Notes under the pieces: generated by a model
The model's input: only the letters and a program-made list of their open reading frames with translations
Told to the model about the DNA's origin: nothing
Database searches by the model: none
Translations under genes and position numbers: made by a program
From: Seison nebaliae
Lineage: Eukaryota
Direction of reading: 5' to 3'
DNA: 54,476 nt
Assembly (NCBI GenBank): GCA_023231475.1
Contig: JALJEE010000101.1
Location: 1 to 54,476, forward strand
In this document: one piece after another, positions 52,535 to 54,476 of the stretch
Position numbering within the stretch: the first letter of the stretch is position 1
Layout of the letters: the number at the start of each line of letters is the position of its first letter

Positions 52535-53383
52535 CTAGGATACTTTGAGTTCCATTAATATTCTTACTTTGGTTGCTGTTAAGGATTGACCATAAGTTTT
52601 GATGGATATTGGTTTGTTTTTATCGAACAACCTGAAACTTGAGCAATCATTGAACCAAAAAGCATATTGAAACTCTTTAGCACAATTACCAACATATTTA
52701 TCATTATCCATATCTTCTGAGCTGAATAATGTACCATTAATTGAGTCCTTTACAAAACTCCATTGTTGGGGCATATTTGAAGAACGAAGTCTTCCAAATG
52801 TTAACCGATAATCATCATACTCCGGTTTGACATATACAGATTGATAATCGAAAAAAGCAAATGCGTCATTAGACGGTTGAATATTATAAAATTCAACTCT
52901 AAACCTACGACTTTTAGCTCTGTTGGTGTAACTTACTAACATATCCAAACCTAACCAAAAATTATTGATATCTCCAAAAAAACTTTTATAATTAATTAGT
53001 GGTTTGTTAAAATCAATGGCTGATTCATTGATTCTTTGAGCGATTATAGCATAAGGTTTATTGCTTATTGTAATAACTCGAGTATCTCCATATGACTTCT
53101 TAACCTCTTCTTCTTCAGTAAGTGGAGTAAGTGGATTTGGGGTAAACTCTTTTTGAAGTATTGTATTCGTATCATCACCATTTTCCATAATAAATTTATA
53201 TCCTTCTACTGATTTATAAGATATAGCATAACATTTTACAACATCTTCACATGTAAGAGCAAGGTGTATTCGTTGACCAATTTCTTTTCTATCATGAATT
53301 GTCTTATCATAAAGAACATTGGTTGAGGATAATTCTCTTACAAATAACATACATGACAGAAGAGCAAAAAATAATTTCTCCAT
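52535..53383 (-). CDS. Secreted fibrinogen C-terminal domain protein (FReP)
   Basis: Signal peptide; IIAQRINESAIDFN, FGDINNFWLGLD, FSSEDMDND…CA…FWFNDC. Confidence 0.88.
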   Translation of the reverse strand: MEKLFFALLSCMLFVRELSSTNVLYDKTIHDRKEIGQRIHLALTCEDVVKCYAISYKSVEGYKFIMENGDDTNTILQKEFTPNPLTPLTEEEEVKKSYGDTRVITISNKPYAIIAQRINESAIDFNKPLINYKSFFGDINNFWLGLDMLVSYTNRAKSRRFRVEFYNIQPSNDAFAFFDYQSVYVKPEYDDYRLTFGRLRSSNMPQQWSFVKDSINGTLFSSEDMDNDKYVGNCAKEFQYAFWFNDCSSFRLFDKNKPISIKTYGQSLTATKVRILMELKVS

Positions 53384-54341
53384 TTAGAAGTTAATATTGA
53401 AATTCTGTTCTTCCAAGGAGGTTATCAACTTCGAAGTAGAACTTCCAATTCTTATTGATTATTGGAAAGCATAATATTCTACAATTCAAAAATTACAGTC
53501 AATTTGATATATTCTAATTGAACTACACAAAAATTGTTCATTAAAGCAAATTTTCCATTCGAACAGTTAGCAGTGTAAGTGTTCTAACAGTAAGTATTGA
53601 TCGAAACTTAACATCAAAAAAATATCAGTAGGTGTCTGGTGTCTGGTGACTATGGTGAAATTTAATCTGCAAAGTTCCTACCGAACCATATCGATGAAAA
53701 GTTAATTTTTTGAGAATTTCGCTTTATATGCTACTCGTAATAATTCGAACATTATTAGAACCATTGCACCAAAATAGACCCATGTAAGCTGTATGATGTC
53801 CTTAACGAAACTACACCTATATTATATATATGTATTTATGGATTTTATGGGGTCAGTGCTCATTTATTCATATCAAGAATGATTCGCTTCACAACCTTTA
53901 ATGGATAGGGTTAAATTATAGTACACTCAATAACTAATTTTCATAGCTTTTTCTTCAACTCGATATTCAACTATTGAGAAGTTATAGAATCTATAATATA
54001 GATCATGGATATCAAATCGGGAGCAAGAAAGAGAAAAAATCTGTTTTCAGCTTCCTCTGCGTTATAGAGATCTTCTAATGTAAAAACTACAGAATGACAT
54101 AATTTGTCAGATTGACATATTATAGATCAATGTAGGTAGTTCTTGCTTTTTTAAAGAGCGAAACGTATAGCAGGTTAGTATGTTGTTTATTTTTAGTATT
54201 ATTTAGGTTGTAGTATTATTTTATTATGTTGTAATGAGAGATGTAACTTTTTAATATGTTTCAATACAACTTCGCCGTCGGCGTTAACAATTTTAAACCT
54301 TCGAATTGAATAATGAAATTCGATGTTGTACATACCATATA

Positions 54342-54476
54342 CAGTAGGAATTTAAAGTAATCGGACACTTTTACGTTTTTATAAAACCGGTCATAACTTC
54401 TGTCCTATGAAGTATCTTTCGTAAAGGTGGATATCGCAAAATAGCCCTATTCAAGCTCTTAAACATAGTGCAAAAA
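54342..54476 (+). mobile_element. Possible Tc1/mariner-type TIR end, cut by the window edge
   Basis: TA|CAGTAGGAATTTAAAGTAATCGGACACTTT resembles Tc1-type termini (TA target, CAGT start). The partner end is not visible. Confidence 0.3.

Noticed and set aside
53770..53914. piggyBac-like end (…GGATAGGG|TTAA)
   Set aside because: No matching opposite terminus found in the window.

Overview
Eukaryotic, very AT-rich, gene-dense animal genomic window. It is probably a compact protostome (spiralian-like) genome; the taxon is inference only. Most introns are about 43-60 nt and break the ORF track, so genes were rebuilt by hand. Recognisable genes: KEOPS Pcc1/LAGE3, NUDT2, RPS18, an APAWamide neuropeptide precursor, RPL35, a 15-exon astacin-EGF-MAM-TSP1-TSP1-MAM-CUB protease, a divergent neprilysin (M13), a RING protein, an Aveugle-like SAM protein missing from the ORF track, a Patched-like protein, IVD, an MFSD8-like transporter, an aminergic GPCR, RBMX2 and a fibrinogen-domain protein, plus several orphans. 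Mobile DNA: a rearranged BEL/Pao LTR element and 3-4 truncated LINE 3' ends. Main observations: (1) 40 of 45 reconstructed introns begin GTT instead of GTA/GTG, and AAG acceptors are common; (2) a signal-peptide-bearing protein has USP-like Cys and His boxes; (3) the LTR element carries its pol fragment antisense to its PBS and encodes a 46-bp hairpin; (4) NUDT2-Pcc1 have an operon-like spacing with orphan acceptors before start codons. All counts are manual and no searches were run.
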